Below, piece after piece: positions 1 through 14,107 of a stretch of 32,771 bases of DNA. Under the pieces are notes generated by a model. The model was not told the origin of the DNA. It was given only the letters and a program-made list of their open reading frames with translations, and searched no databases. Numbering within the stretch: position 1 is the stretch's first letter; every line of letters starts with the position of its first letter. A program made the translations under genes and the position numbers. The stretch is taken from the NCBI GenBank assembly GCA_051747805.1, contig JBNJGP010000025.1:1-32771 (forward strand). The letters are read 5' to 3'. Source of the stretch: Candidatus Muiribacteriota bacterium. Lineage in GTDB: Bacteria > Muiribacteriota > Muiribacteriia > Muiribacteriales > Muiribacteriaceae.

Positions 1-31
1 GAATTCCGGAGACCTGACCCCTTAATAACAC

Positions 32-61
32 AAAAAGGTCTGGAGAAATCCAGACCTTTTT
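32..61 (-). terminator. Intrinsic terminator of the rRNA operon (potentially bidirectional)
   Basis: Perfect hairpin AAAAAGGTCTGGA-gaaa-TCCAGACCTTTTT with A/T tracts on both sides, about 10 nt downstream of the 5S 3' end. Confidence 0.9.
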
Positions 62-70
62 TAATATTAG

Positions 71-184
71 TCCCGGCGGCGACCTACTCTCCCACGCGCT
101 TGACGCAGTACCATCGGCTCTGTTAGGCTTAACTACTGAGTTCGAGATGGGTTCAGGTGTTTCCCCAACGATTTGCCACCGGAA
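71..184 (-). rRNA. rrf: 5S ribosomal RNA
   Basis: Reverse complement contains conserved 5S segments (ACCCATCTCGAACTC, GCCGATGGTACTG, GGGAGAGTAGGTCGCCGCCGG) and complementary termini. Ends approximate. Confidence 0.95.
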
Positions 185-197
185 AATCTTTTCGGGT

Positions 198-311
198 CTC
201 CCCTGTTCTGAAAAGCTCTCGGGGTCTGCACCGCCATGAAATTCTTTTGAATTTCTGGAGGTCTGACCACTTTCTCTGTTTTTAGCTTTTAAGCTTTTCA
301 GACCAGGGGAG
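198..311. repeat. Inverted-repeat element in the 23S-5S spacer
   Basis: 198-217 CTCCCCTGTTCTGAAAAGCT and 292-311 AGCTTTTCAGACCAGGGGAG are complementary at 19/20 positions; internal hairpin GAAATTC-tttt-GAATTTC at 238-255. Confidence 0.75.
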
Positions 312-382
312 GTCTCTGCATAATTGATTCCTTTACCTTAAACAACTTTTTAATACTGTTGCCAAACTTTCGCCGACGAGTT

Positions 383-3394
<3,012 letters not shown>

Positions 3395-3490
3395 AACTCT
3401 TCTTACGCTTTGTATGCTGAACTCTTTTTTAAAAGTTCGCATGTTCGGCTACAATATTTCTTGTTGCCTTCGGCTTTGTTATCAATTATG

Positions 3491-3505
3491 CAGTTGTCAA
3501 TGACC
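3491..3505 (-). promoter_or_regulatory. BoxA-like antitermination element in the 16S-23S spacer
   Basis: Minus strand GGTCATTGACAACTG, near-identical to the leader copy GATCATTGAAAACTG at 5430-5444. Confidence 0.65.
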
Positions 3506-3725
3506 TTCCTGTTTCTATTACAATTCTCGCTAAGGATTTTCCCCGTTTTTATCAAGAATTGTGCTATTTCTATCATTTATCTGAATCAGTCTGAAGGATA
3601 GAGCTTTTTTAAGTTACAACCCTTCCTTTTTTACAATCATATATTCCTATATGACCGACCTGGAGTCTCTGGCTCACTTTCTTCTAGGTTCTCACCCTTC
3701 CGAATGTGTGCCTTCTTTACTCCTT

Positions 3726-5286
<1,561 letters not shown>

Positions 5287-5410
5287 AATTCTATGCTAAC
5301 AATTAACACTTGCGTATTAATCGTTATTTTCTTACTTCAGAGTCGGTTTGATTTCCTAACTTTCTACTGTTTATAAAAATCAAATTGACGGGTTGTTTCC
5401 TTGTTTAACC

Positions 5411-5444
5411 CTATCTTCTTCAGACTATTCAGTTTTCAATGATC
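5411..5444 (-). promoter_or_regulatory. rRNA leader boxA and 5' arm of the 16S processing stalk
   Basis: Minus strand GATCATTGAAAACTG (5430-5444). 5411-5432 CTATCTTCTTCAGACTATTCAG is imperfectly complementary to 3581-3601 CTGAATCAGTCTGAAGGATAG in the ITS. Confidence 0.7.
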
Positions 5445-5467
5445 TTTTGCTGTTTCCAGCGTTCATG

Positions 5468-5497
5468 ATTTTACTACGGTCACCCGGTCTTTGTCAA
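5468..5497 (-). promoter_or_regulatory. rrn proximal promoter (P2-like)
   Basis: Minus strand TTGACA (5497-5492), 18-nt spacer, TAAAAT (5473-5468), with an upstream A-tract. Confidence 0.7.
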
Positions 5498-5573
5498 CTT
5501 TTTTTTGTAAAAAGTTTTTCGTCCCGGTTTCCCTTCGCTCATTTTGAGTTATACCTCGTTTGAGCGTTCCACA

Positions 5574-5602
5574 AATCTACTCTATATAATCCTGCATGTC
5601 AA
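5574..5602 (-). promoter_or_regulatory. rrn distal promoter (P1-like)
   Basis: Minus strand TTGACA (5602-5597), 17-nt spacer, TAGATT (5579-5574), preceded by A-tracts resembling an UP element. Confidence 0.7.
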
Positions 5603-5676
5603 GGATTTTTTTGACCTTTTTTTTTGCGTACCACTTTCCTCTTTCAGTAAAACGAGTGGTCAGGTCGAGAAGAGCC

Positions 5677-5711
5677 GTGAGAAGTTAGAAGTGAGAGGTG
5701 AGACGATAGAG
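5677..5711. repeat. Imperfect heptamer tandem repeat (5 units)
   Basis: GTGAGAA GTTAGAA GTGAGAG GTGAGAC GATAGAG. Confidence 0.7.
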
Positions 5712-5745
5712 GCCGATAGGAGCGCGAGTGGAAAAAAAAGACACT

Positions 5746-6915
5746 CTATTCTTTATACAAACGAATTATATCATCAACCATTCTAGTATGAGGGTAACGC
5801 TTTTTTACAATTTCATAGCCATTAAGAGCCATTTTATGCGCTTTTTTAGGATTTTCAAAAACATCTATCATTGCCACTGAAAGTTTTTTTACACTTTTAG
5901 GTAGTACCAGATACCCAGTTTTATTATTTTGAACCAGTTCCCAGGCACCATCCACATCAAAACTTATAACTGGTTTTTTCATTAAATAACCCTGGGGTAT
6001 AACCCTTGCCAGCCCCTCTCTTAAAGACGCATGCACTACACAATCAGATATTTCAATATAATCCGGAACTTTATCTGGCGGAACAAGTCCGGCAAAAATA
6101 ATACTGTTTTTTATACCATAATCCGAAGCCATTTTCTCAAGTTTTTCTTTTAAAATTCCATCCCCTACAAAAAGAACCTTTATATTTTTATATCCTTTTT
6201 GATGAATTTTTTTTAATGCTTTTATAACAAACTCATGTCCTTTCAACTCAAATAACCTGGCAACTTTTACAAAAACAAAGTCTTTTTCTTTTATCCCGAA
6301 ATATTTTCTTCTCTCTTTTATTTGAACAATATTTTTTTCTTTATCATATCGCCTTAAATTCATCCCGCTGTAGATTGTTACATACTGCCTTTTTCTTCCT
6401 ATTTTTTCTTTTAAAGCTTTTATAGTCATTGTTTTACATACAGAAATAATTTTTGTGCTTATGAGAGCCCCTAATTTTTCTGAAATAATATAAATAAAAT
6501 TTTTATATTTTTTTTCAAAGGGATGAAATGGTAATCCGTGAATTGTATGATATATAGAGGGAACCCCGGCCATAAATGCGGCAACCCTTCCAATTATTCC
6601 TGCTTTTGAGCTATGGGTATGAACAATATCGAATTTATGTTTTTTGAAATATCTGTACAGGTTAATTATTGCCCTTATATCATTAATCGGTTCTATTTCC
6701 CGCGTCAAATAAGGACATACATATAGTTTGTTTATTTTAAACTCGCCGGTTTCATATAGCTTTCCTTCCGGCCCAAGCGTTTCACCACTGATTAGGTGTA
6801 CATCAAAATCCTTTGAGCGTTGCAGAGCATCAACTGTGTAAAGAGTATTTTCCTGAGCACCACCTATTATTAAACGTGTAATTATATGTGCTATTTTAAT
6901 TTTTTTTCCCAACAT
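5746..6915 (-). CDS. Glycosyltransferase family 4 (GT-B)
   Basis: N-terminal HIITRLIIGGAQ, DIVHTHSSKAG, HTIHG, VARLFELKGH and SLREGLARVIPQ motifs. Confidence 0.9.
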   Translation of the reverse strand: MLGKKIKIAHIITRLIIGGAQENTLYTVDALQRSKDFDVHLISGETLGPEGKLYETGEFKINKLYVCPYLTREIEPINDIRAIINLYRYFKKHKFDIVHTHSSKAGIIGRVAAFMAGVPSIYHTIHGLPFHPFEKKYKNFIYIISEKLGALISTKIISVCKTMTIKALKEKIGRKRQYVTIYSGMNLRRYDKEKNIVQIKERRKYFGIKEKDFVFVKVARLFELKGHEFVIKALKKIHQKGYKNIKVLFVGDGILKEKLEKMASDYGIKNSIIFAGLVPPDKVPDYIEISDCVVHASLREGLARVIPQGYLMKKPVISFDVDGAWELVQNNKTGYLVLPKSVKKLSVAMIDVFENPKKAHKMALNGYEIVKKRYPHTRMVDDIIRLYKE

Positions 6916-7897
6916 GAACCAGAATAGTAAAAAATATATAAATTATAAAAACCTGCCCCAATAGAAGCAGTGCCGACCATAAATATAAATCTCTGAGCAT
7001 TATAGCACTTATCCCCGTGATTATGGAAATTAAAAAAATCATCAGAACTGCATTGAAATTTGTAAATCCCATTTTTACAAGTCTGTGCGAAATATGATTA
7101 TTATCCGGCCTGAAAATTGAATAACCTTTTAATTTACGAATTATAATTACAGATAAAGTATCATATATAGGAACAGATAATATTAAAAGAGGTGCTATAA
7201 CAGGTAGCCTGGTTAAACGGGTTGTAATAATATAAGTTCCTGTAACAGAAACAGCCGCAAGTAAAAAACCGTTAAAATTCGCACCGGCGTCCCCTAAAAA
7301 TATTTTACCTTTTGGAAAATTAAAAATAAAAAAACCCGCTACTGCCGGAATAAGTAAAATCATCAAACCAGATAATTCATAAATATTCTGATAGTAAAAA
7401 ACTACAGCAAAAAAAACGGCAGCAATAATAGTTATTCCAGAAGATAATCCGTTCATATTATCCAGAAGATTAAAAGAATTTGTTATTCCTGTTACCCATA
7501 AAACAGTTAAAAGGATCATTAGCCATTCTGTCCGCAGAAATAAAGTAACCCTGAGCCCATGAGAATACATAATAAGAGCTATAACTACAGTAATTAACAG
7601 TTTAATTTTATTGTTTATTCCCTTTTCTTTTATATCATCAAATAAATTTATAATAAAAATTAAAAAACTACCTGTATAGATTAAGAGAAGACGGGGGTTC
7701 TGATATAATCCTGATAAAAAAAAGCCCGCTGAAAAAGCAATAAAAACTCCAATACCCCCTAACCTGGAAACTGGTTTTTTATGTATTTTCCTTTCGCCCG
7801 GCATATCATACAGATTATATTTTCTTGATATTTTCATTATTACAACCTGACTAAATACAGATATTAAAAAAATTATTATTATAATTACCGGGTCCAT
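6896..7897 (-). CDS. Undecaprenyl-phosphate GlcNAc-1-phosphate transferase (WecA/TagO, MraY superfamily)
   Basis: Multi-TM; RKIHKKPVSRLGG, DD, NSFNLLDNMNGL, FNFPKGKIFLGDAG, PDNNHISHRL motifs. Confidence 0.88.
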   Translation of the reverse strand: MDPVIIIIIFLISVFSQVVIMKISRKYNLYDMPGERKIHKKPVSRLGGIGVFIAFSAGFFLSGLYQNPRLLLIYTGSFLIFIINLFDDIKEKGINNKIKLLITVVIALIMYSHGLRVTLFLRTEWLMILLTVLWVTGITNSFNLLDNMNGLSSGITIIAAVFFAVVFYYQNIYELSGLMILLIPAVAGFFIFNFPKGKIFLGDAGANFNGFLLAAVSVTGTYIITTRLTRLPVIAPLLILSVPIYDTLSVIIIRKLKGYSIFRPDNNHISHRLVKMGFTNFNAVLMIFLISIITGISAIMLRDLYLWSALLLLGQVFIIYIFFTILVHVGKKN

Positions 7898-7918
7898 AAG
7901 TACTCCTCTTTAAAAGTT

Positions 7919-9007
7919 TTACAGATTACTTTTTTTGCTTCTGCCAAAATTCCAGTTATTAAAAAAATTTTTTTTAGAATTAATATAATGTTTATCATCA
8001 ATAAATTGCTCTATAAATGAATTATCATAGTTTTGCACGTTATTTATTTTTTGGGCCAGCTCTTCGGTATTTTTATATACATACCTGCCGGGAATATAAT
8101 CTGCAAGACCACAGTTGCTTTTTACAAAAACCTTTACTCCGGCCGAAGCAGCCTCTATTCCGATTTTACCAAAACCCTCATAATGGGAACATATTATCAT
8201 TATCTGGCTTTTATAAAACTCATATTTAAGCTGCTCTTTTGATAAAAAATCTTTAAATAATATTTTACTGTTACTTTTTCTGCTGCAAGCGTATTTTTCG
8301 AGTGCATCTTTATAAGGACCTTCTCCTGCAATCACAAGACTATATCCTTTTTTTGCCATATACTTATCAAAAAAATTAATTATCTCCTCAATATTTTTAA
8401 CTTTATTCAGGGCCCCGGCAAAAAGAATCTGCTTTCTTCTGTCTACTTCAAGAGGTTTGATAAAATAGTTAATATTCATATCTTCCGGGAACATTACATC
8501 TGTATTTTTCCTTTTTATACCACATTTTGTTGACACGGTTCTGATTTTATCAGATAGCTGAATTGATTTTTTTGTCCATAAAAGAGCTATTTTCTGTTTC
8601 AATTTATTCATCTGATAATACCTGCAGGATTCAAACATATTTCCGTGAAATTCTAAAACTATTTGCAGTTTTTTCCCATAAAGCAGTCTTAAAAAAAACA
8701 TAACAGGATAATCATATGCGTTTTGAAAAATAATATATTTAATATGGTTTTTTGAAATAATTCCAGGAAGAAAAAAAAGGGCCGCCATATAAAGAACAAT
8801 TTTATCTAATATTCTGTTTCTGAAGTTTTTTATCAGAAAAAAAGAGGCGTATAAATAAATTCTAGTGTATAAAATTTCATAATTTCTTCCAAAAACAAAA
8901 ATATTAAAATGTCTGCTTAAGGCTTTAAACTTTGAAATTGTAACCCTGTCAAAAGGAAGAGAATATATAATATTTGTGAAAATCAGAATATTTTTTTTAT
9001 TTTTCAT
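7919..9007 (-). CDS. Glycosyltransferase family 4
   Basis: FAGALNKVKN, IAGEGP and the EX7E motif YEGFGKIGIEA. Confidence 0.82.
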   Translation of the reverse strand: MKNKKNILIFTNIIYSLPFDRVTISKFKALSRHFNIFVFGRNYEILYTRIYLYASFFLIKNFRNRILDKIVLYMAALFFLPGIISKNHIKYIIFQNAYDYPVMFFLRLLYGKKLQIVLEFHGNMFESCRYYQMNKLKQKIALLWTKKSIQLSDKIRTVSTKCGIKRKNTDVMFPEDMNINYFIKPLEVDRRKQILFAGALNKVKNIEEIINFFDKYMAKKGYSLVIAGEGPYKDALEKYACSRKSNSKILFKDFLSKEQLKYEFYKSQIMIICSHYEGFGKIGIEAASAGVKVFVKSNCGLADYIPGRYVYKNTEELAQKINNVQNYDNSFIEQFIDDKHYINSKKNFFNNWNFGRSKKSNL

Positions 9008-10682
9008 TTAATTTTTCCAGCTCGTCTTCTATTCCCGATTTAACAGGTATTTCAATAGCTCTTGAAATAAAATTCTCACGTCTGTCGCGATTTTCTGCAT
9101 TAAGAGCACAATGATAAAGTATAAACTTTTTAACACCAAGCAGTTCCGTATCATCTGATGAAAAATCAAGAGCTTTTCTTACATAAAAAAGGGCAAGCTC
9201 ATAATTTTCAAAATCAAAAGCTCTCTGGGCGAATTTTTTTAAAAAATTAACTTTATTTAATTTATAAACTGTTGTGTTAACTTTCATTTTATCCCCTTTA
9301 ACATGGAGCCATTTCCAGGAGTTTGCATTTCCCTCTGATGGCAGACAGGGATAGCTGACTATATATTCAGAAGAAAATACTTCGACAGGCTCAAGTATAT
9401 TTGGCCAGGAAATATACTCAACAAACTTCCAGTCAGAAAGTATAAAATAAATACTTTCCTGTTTATCAATTAATTCAATAATTTCTTCGAATTCTTCAAA
9501 AAATATGTAGTTTATTTCATCATTAAAAAAAGGCAGAATATCTTCCTGATTAGTAATCACAAAATCATGTTCAAGTTCTGAAATATATTCTCCCACCGCC
9601 GGCAAATCAGATAGGGCCTGTCTTGTTTCTATTATACGGTTTAAAGAGGTTTCATATACATTGTAAACAGTAAAAAAAGCAAAGAGTATTATTAAGATTA
9701 AAAGAATTTTATGAATTTTTTTAACTTCGTCTATTAAATAATGAAAAAACACTCCTGCAAAAACGTATGAAATCCATATAAACGGTATCCAATGCCTGTA
9801 TTGAACATATATCCAAAACACGTTCATCAGAAAATATACGCCAAACACATAAAAAATAATATAATAAGAAGACTGAAGTTTTTTTAATTTAATTAAAAAA
9901 AACAGCCCGCCAAGACAAATAACAAGAACAGGAAGGCTATAAACATATTCAAAAGAAAAAAGATGGTTTTTAAAATTATTAATTAAATCCAGCTCTGAAA
10001 AATTAGCAAGGGCTATTGCAAAATTTACTCCTCCCCCGGATTTAAGCACAAAAACTTTAATATAAAAAAGAATTATAAACAAAATTGTATATATGAAAGA
10101 TTTTTTTTTGTTTTCTTTAAATAAAAGAATAAAAAAGGGCAGTAATAAAAAAACTCCCTCAGTTCTTGTAAAAACTGATATTAAAAAAATAATAAAAGCA
10201 ATATTGTATTTTTTTATTATTAAATAATAGGAAAAAACAATTGTCAGCGTCATAAATAATATATCCGGCATAATTCTAAGAGCCCAGAACATGGTAACCG
10301 GATTTGTTATCATAAAAAGCGTTGCAAGAAAGGAAGCGTAAATATTACGGGTAAAGTATTTTATTAATTTAAAAAAATAAAAAGCCCCTGCAAAAAAGGC
10401 TAAAAAATTAACAAAAAGAGCAGCATAATTATTTGATGTGAAAAAAGAAAAAATATTTATTAAAAAAGGATAAACTGGGTTTTCATTAAATACTCCAGAA
10501 CCTTTTTCTGAAAAAAAAAGTCTGAAATTTTCTGAAATTCTAAAATTCACATAACTATCACTGAAATATCCCGTATTTATATTTCCATAAAAAATAAAAA
10601 AAACCGAAATTAATAAAAATAGTATTAAAAGCAGAGTATTTTCTGTTTTTTTATTTAAATAATTTTTTTCTGTCAAATACAT
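8997..10682 (-). CDS. Multi-TM GT-C (ArnT/PMT-like) glycosyltransferase with a possible C-terminal TPR-like helix pair
   Basis: About 10 hydrophobic segments; first-loop SDS..Y, PVYPFL, MPDILF and TRTEG motifs; soluble C-terminus containing NYELALFYVRKALDFSSDD. Start codon uncertain (32-bp overlap with thiT). Confidence 0.65.
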   Translation of the reverse strand: MYLTEKNYLNKKTENTLLLILFLLISVFFIFYGNINTGYFSDSYVNFRISENFRLFFSEKGSGVFNENPVYPFLINIFSFFTSNNYAALFVNFLAFFAGAFYFFKLIKYFTRNIYASFLATLFMITNPVTMFWALRIMPDILFMTLTIVFSYYLIIKKYNIAFIIFLISVFTRTEGVFLLLPFFILLFKENKKKSFIYTILFIILFYIKVFVLKSGGGVNFAIALANFSELDLINNFKNHLFSFEYVYSLPVLVICLGGLFFLIKLKKLQSSYYIIFYVFGVYFLMNVFWIYVQYRHWIPFIWISYVFAGVFFHYLIDEVKKIHKILLILIILFAFFTVYNVYETSLNRIIETRQALSDLPAVGEYISELEHDFVITNQEDILPFFNDEINYIFFEEFEEIIELIDKQESIYFILSDWKFVEYISWPNILEPVEVFSSEYIVSYPCLPSEGNANSWKWLHVKGDKMKVNTTVYKLNKVNFLKKFAQRAFDFENYELALFYVRKALDFSSDDTELLGVKKFILYHCALNAENRDRRENFISRAIEIPVKSGIEDELEKLNEK

Positions 10683-11166
10683 AAATTAATATCATAACTG
10701 CTACAGCGGCAGGTCCTATATAAGAAATATTGTATATTGCTGAATATATATATGCACTTTGTCCTTTTGGGGCATAATGTCCAAAAAATATAACTCCTGA
10801 AGTAAAATGAAATAAAAATTTAAAAATAAAGGCAAAAAACAAGAGAAATTCTTTTACATAAAGATCTTTATCCTTTCCAAGACCGCATATTGCAATTGAG
10901 AGGGCCGGAAAAATATAATCAAAAAAGGGCTGAAAAAAATGAACAATGGGATTTTCCATAAACATAAGAGAAACAAGTCCATAAAGAAGCCCTGAAAAAA
11001 GTGCCCTGGAAAACCCCCTGCGATAGGCAAAAAAAGCAAGTGGTAGTACTTCAAGGGTAATTGAGCCTCCCTGAGGCATTTTCCAGATTCGTATTTTACT
11101 TAAAATCAGGGCTATTGCAACGGTAAGCGCAATTTCTATTAAAATAACTAATTTTTTATTCTTCAT
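10651..11166 (-). CDS. thiT: ECF-type thiamine transporter S component ThiT
   Basis: MPQGGSITL, AYRRG..GLLYG, QPFFDY and HFTSGVIFFGHYAPKGQ..YSAIYN match the ThiT/YuaJ pattern. Confidence 0.88.
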   Translation of the reverse strand: MKNKKLVILIEIALTVAIALILSKIRIWKMPQGGSITLEVLPLAFFAYRRGFSRALFSGLLYGLVSLMFMENPIVHFFQPFFDYIFPALSIAICGLGKDKDLYVKEFLLFFAFIFKFLFHFTSGVIFFGHYAPKGQSAYIYSAIYNISYIGPAAVAVMILIYVFDRKKLFK

Positions 11167-11759
11167 ATATTTATTCTACCTCTTATTGCCTGCCCCAGCG
11201 TTACAGTATCTGCAAATTCAAGAGAAGCTCCAGCAGGAATACCGGAGGCAATTCGTGAAACTTTTATACCAAGAGGTTTTAAAAGTCTGGATAAATAAAT
11301 AGTTGTTGCGTCAGCCTCAACTGAAAAATCCAGTGCTATTATTACCTCTTTAATATTATCTGCTTCAATGCGGGCAATTAACTCTTTAATTTTCAAATCT
11401 TCGGGAGTCACTCCCTTGAGCGGCGCAATAACCCCGTGAAGCACATGATATTTACCGCTGAATTCATGTGTTGATTCAATCACCTCTATTTCTTTTGGAG
11501 TTTCAGTTACACAAACAACCTCACCGTTTCTACTTTTGCTTAAACAGTAAGGACAATATTTCTGATGAGTGTAATTAAAACATTTTTCACAGAAAGAAAG
11601 CTCTTTTTTAGCCTCAATTATAGAATTAGCAAGTCCAAGTGCTTTTTCTTCCGGCTCGCTCATAATAAAATAGGCAAGTCTCTGTGCAGTTTTTTTTCCA
11701 ATTGAAGGTAATCTTGAAAATTCACTTACCAGCTTATTTAATAAATCTTTTTCTGCCAT
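11163..11759 (-). CDS. recR: Recombination mediator RecR
   Basis: HhH LPSIGKKTAQRLA, C4 zinc finger (CEKC..CPYC), YHVLHG, Toprim region; follows dnaX-ybaB. Confidence 0.97.
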   Translation of the reverse strand: MAEKDLLNKLVSEFSRLPSIGKKTAQRLAYFIMSEPEEKALGLANSIIEAKKELSFCEKCFNYTHQKYCPYCLSKSRNGEVVCVTETPKEIEVIESTHEFSGKYHVLHGVIAPLKGVTPEDLKIKELIARIEADNIKEVIIALDFSVEADATTIYLSRLLKPLGIKVSRIASGIPAGASLEFADTVTLGQAIRGRINI

Positions 11760-11767
11760 TTTAATAT

Positions 11768-12109
11768 TTAAAACATTCCGGGAATATTTGCCCCGCCTGT
11801 TACCTTAGACATTTGACTTTCACTTGTTTCTTTTACTTTGTTTAAAGCATCATTAAATGCCGCCGTAATTAAGTCCTGAAGCATATCTTTATCATCAGGG
11901 TCTATAACTTCCTGTTCAATATCAACATTTTTCACTTCATAATCACAGGTAATTCTGACTTTTACCATACCACCGCCAGCAGAACCTTCAACCTCTTTAT
12001 CCTTAAGGTCTTCCTGTGCTTTTGCCATTTCTTTTTGCATTTTCTGCGCCTGTTTCATCAGTTGATTCATATTTCCACCACCAAAATTTGGAAATTTACC
12101 TTTACCCAT
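11768..12109 (-). CDS. ybaB: YbaB/EbfC nucleoid-associated protein
   Basis: [32 protein letters not shown]; located between dnaX and recR. Confidence 0.96.
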   Translation of the reverse strand: MGKGKFPNFGGGNMNQLMKQAQKMQKEMAKAQEDLKDKEVEGSAGGGMVKVRITCDYEVKNVDIEQEVIDPDDKDMLQDLITAAFNDALNKVKETSESQMSKVTGGANIPGMF

Positions 12110-12123
12110 TATAAAGTCCTCCT

Positions 12124-13683
12124 CTATACTTTTTTTATGTTTTTAATTTTAAACTTTGAATTCAATTTTTCAACAAAAGGAGAATTCAAGGCTTTTTCTT
12201 CCTCTGTTTTTTCTTTTTCTATAATATTATTATCAGGTTTATTTTTTAAAATTTCAATATTAATTTTAAATTTTTTGCAGAGTATATTATTAAACTCTTC
12301 GTTTAATAAGTCATGCACTCTTTTTAATATATTTACATGAAACTGAAATTCTGCAGGAAATATAAGCATTAATTCATGTTTTTCCATATTAATTTTTTTT
12401 CTGGCAAAACTCAGACAGGTTGAGATAAATAGATTTTTTTGGGCTATATTTTCTACCAGTAGATGCCATGCATTTAAAACAGTTGTTTTATTAAACTTAT
12501 TTTCTTTTTCAGCAAAATTGTTTTCATCAGTAGATTTTTTTTCGAAAATTGTTTTTTTAGCAACCTTTATTTTTTCAGGAACAGTTTCTTTTTTATCACT
12601 TTCTTTTTGAGAGTCTTTTTCATTTTTTAAAAATCTGAAAATAAGAAGCTCAAAACCAAGCTTAATATCCTCGCTTTTTTTCAGACTATAATACTCTTTA
12701 TTCACAGAATCCAGCATTTGATAAATAAAATCATCGGGTATTTTATTTATTTTTTCTAAATTATTTTTTATATAAGGTAAAAAATCAGTTTTTTGTGGAT
12801 TCCATTTAAAATATATTAAATCCTTTAATATTCTTAAAATATCTTCTAAAAATATATTAAAATCAGTTCCTTCTTCATATAATCTAGTAGTATAATCCAG
12901 TATTTCAGTATATTTCCTTCCAGAGGCAGTATAGATAAATTCAAGTACAGAATCGTATCCTGAAGTTGAAAAAACTGAATTTATTACATCCATATTTACT
13001 TCTGAGTCAGAAAAAGCCCAAAGCTGGTCTAAAATACTAAGAGCATCTCTCAATCCTCCCTCAGCATAATGAGATATATAATCAAGCGCCTCATCTGAAA
13101 TTTTAATTTTTTCTTTTTTACAGATTAATTTAAGTCTTTCTCTGATTTTTTTGACACCAAGCCGGTGAAAATCAAAAAACTGACATCTTGACTTAATAGT
13201 ATTTAATATTTTATGAGGTTCAGTAGTGGCTAGAATAAAAATAACATGAGAGGGTGGCTCTTCAAGAGTTTTAAGAAAGGCGTTAGAAGCCTCACGTGTA
13301 AGCATATGAGCCTCATCAATAACATACACCTTATATTGACCCTGAACCGGCATATATTTAACTTTTTCAATTAAATCTCTCATCTCTTCAACTTTGCGAT
13401 TTGAGGCTGCATCTATTTCAAAATAGTCTATAAAAGTGTTTTTATTAAAATCCTCACAATTTTTACATTTATTACAGGGTTCAAATGATTTTTCATCAAG
13501 ACAGTTTAAAGCTTTTGCATAAATTTTTGCAAGCGAAGTTTTTCCCGTGCCCCTTGGACCCGCAAATAAATATGCATGTGCAATTCGATTAGAAATTATT
13601 GAATTTTTCAAAGTTCCAACAGCAAAATCCTGCTGTACCATGTCTGAAAAATTATTGGGCCTGTATTTTCGATATAAATTCAT
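12124..13683 (-). CDS. dnaX: DNA polymerase III subunit gamma/tau
   Basis: LYRKYRP, Walker A GPRGTGKT, zinc cysteines, [24 protein letters not shown] motif. Confidence 0.97.
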   Translation of the reverse strand: MNLYRKYRPNNFSDMVQQDFAVGTLKNSIISNRIAHAYLFAGPRGTGKTSLAKIYAKALNCLDEKSFEPCNKCKNCEDFNKNTFIDYFEIDAASNRKVEEMRDLIEKVKYMPVQGQYKVYVIDEAHMLTREASNAFLKTLEEPPSHVIFILATTEPHKILNTIKSRCQFFDFHRLGVKKIRERLKLICKKEKIKISDEALDYISHYAEGGLRDALSILDQLWAFSDSEVNMDVINSVFSTSGYDSVLEFIYTASGRKYTEILDYTTRLYEEGTDFNIFLEDILRILKDLIYFKWNPQKTDFLPYIKNNLEKINKIPDDFIYQMLDSVNKEYYSLKKSEDIKLGFELLIFRFLKNEKDSQKESDKKETVPEKIKVAKKTIFEKKSTDENNFAEKENKFNKTTVLNAWHLLVENIAQKNLFISTCLSFARKKINMEKHELMLIFPAEFQFHVNILKRVHDLLNEEFNNILCKKFKINIEILKNKPDNNIIEKEKTEEEKALNSPFVEKLNSKFKIKNIKKV

Positions 13684-13696
13684 ATTTTATATTAGG

Positions 13697-13962
13697 GCCG
13701 TGCACCCTTCCTCGCCTCCCTGCCCTGAACGGTACTTTATCAGTTAGCTCCTGACAGGCACCCTTATGGCACACAGATTTTCCTGCTTATCGCTGCTTCC
13801 TTCCGGACCTGACGAAATTCACAGGCATCTGTTGCATAAGACCCGTCAATCAACACCACTTAATAAAGCCTGCCTCAAAGCACAGTTGGCTCAGTCGGGA
13901 ATTAACCCCTGCTATAGCGGATTGCAGGTACAGGGCACCGCTGGTTCCCCGGCTAGCACGGC
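13697..13962 (-). ncRNA. ffs: Signal recognition particle RNA, large (Alu-domain-containing, Bacillus scRNA-like) type, about 266 nt
   Basis: Minus strand contains the helix-8 signature TCAGGTCCGGAAGGAAGCAGC, Alu-like GCGGTGCCCTGTACCTGCAATCCGC, and paired ends GCCGTGC...GCACGGC; lies directly upstream of dnaX. Confidence 0.93.
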
Positions 13963-13980
13963 TGATTTTGATTATAATTC

Positions 13981-14074
13981 TGGCGGAGAGAGAGAGATTC
14001 GAACTCTCGAGGCGGCTTGTGGCCGCCTACTCGATTTCGAGTCGAGCGCCTTCGACCATCTCGGCCATCTCTCC
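13981..14074 (-). tRNA. tRNA-Ser(CGA)
   Basis: GGAGAGATGGCCGAG...CTCGA-CT-CGA-AA-TCGAG, long variable arm, GTTCGAATC, encoded CCA. Confidence 0.95.
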
Positions 14075-14107
14075 AGTAAAAAATTTAAGATTAAAAACTT
14101 AATTTTA

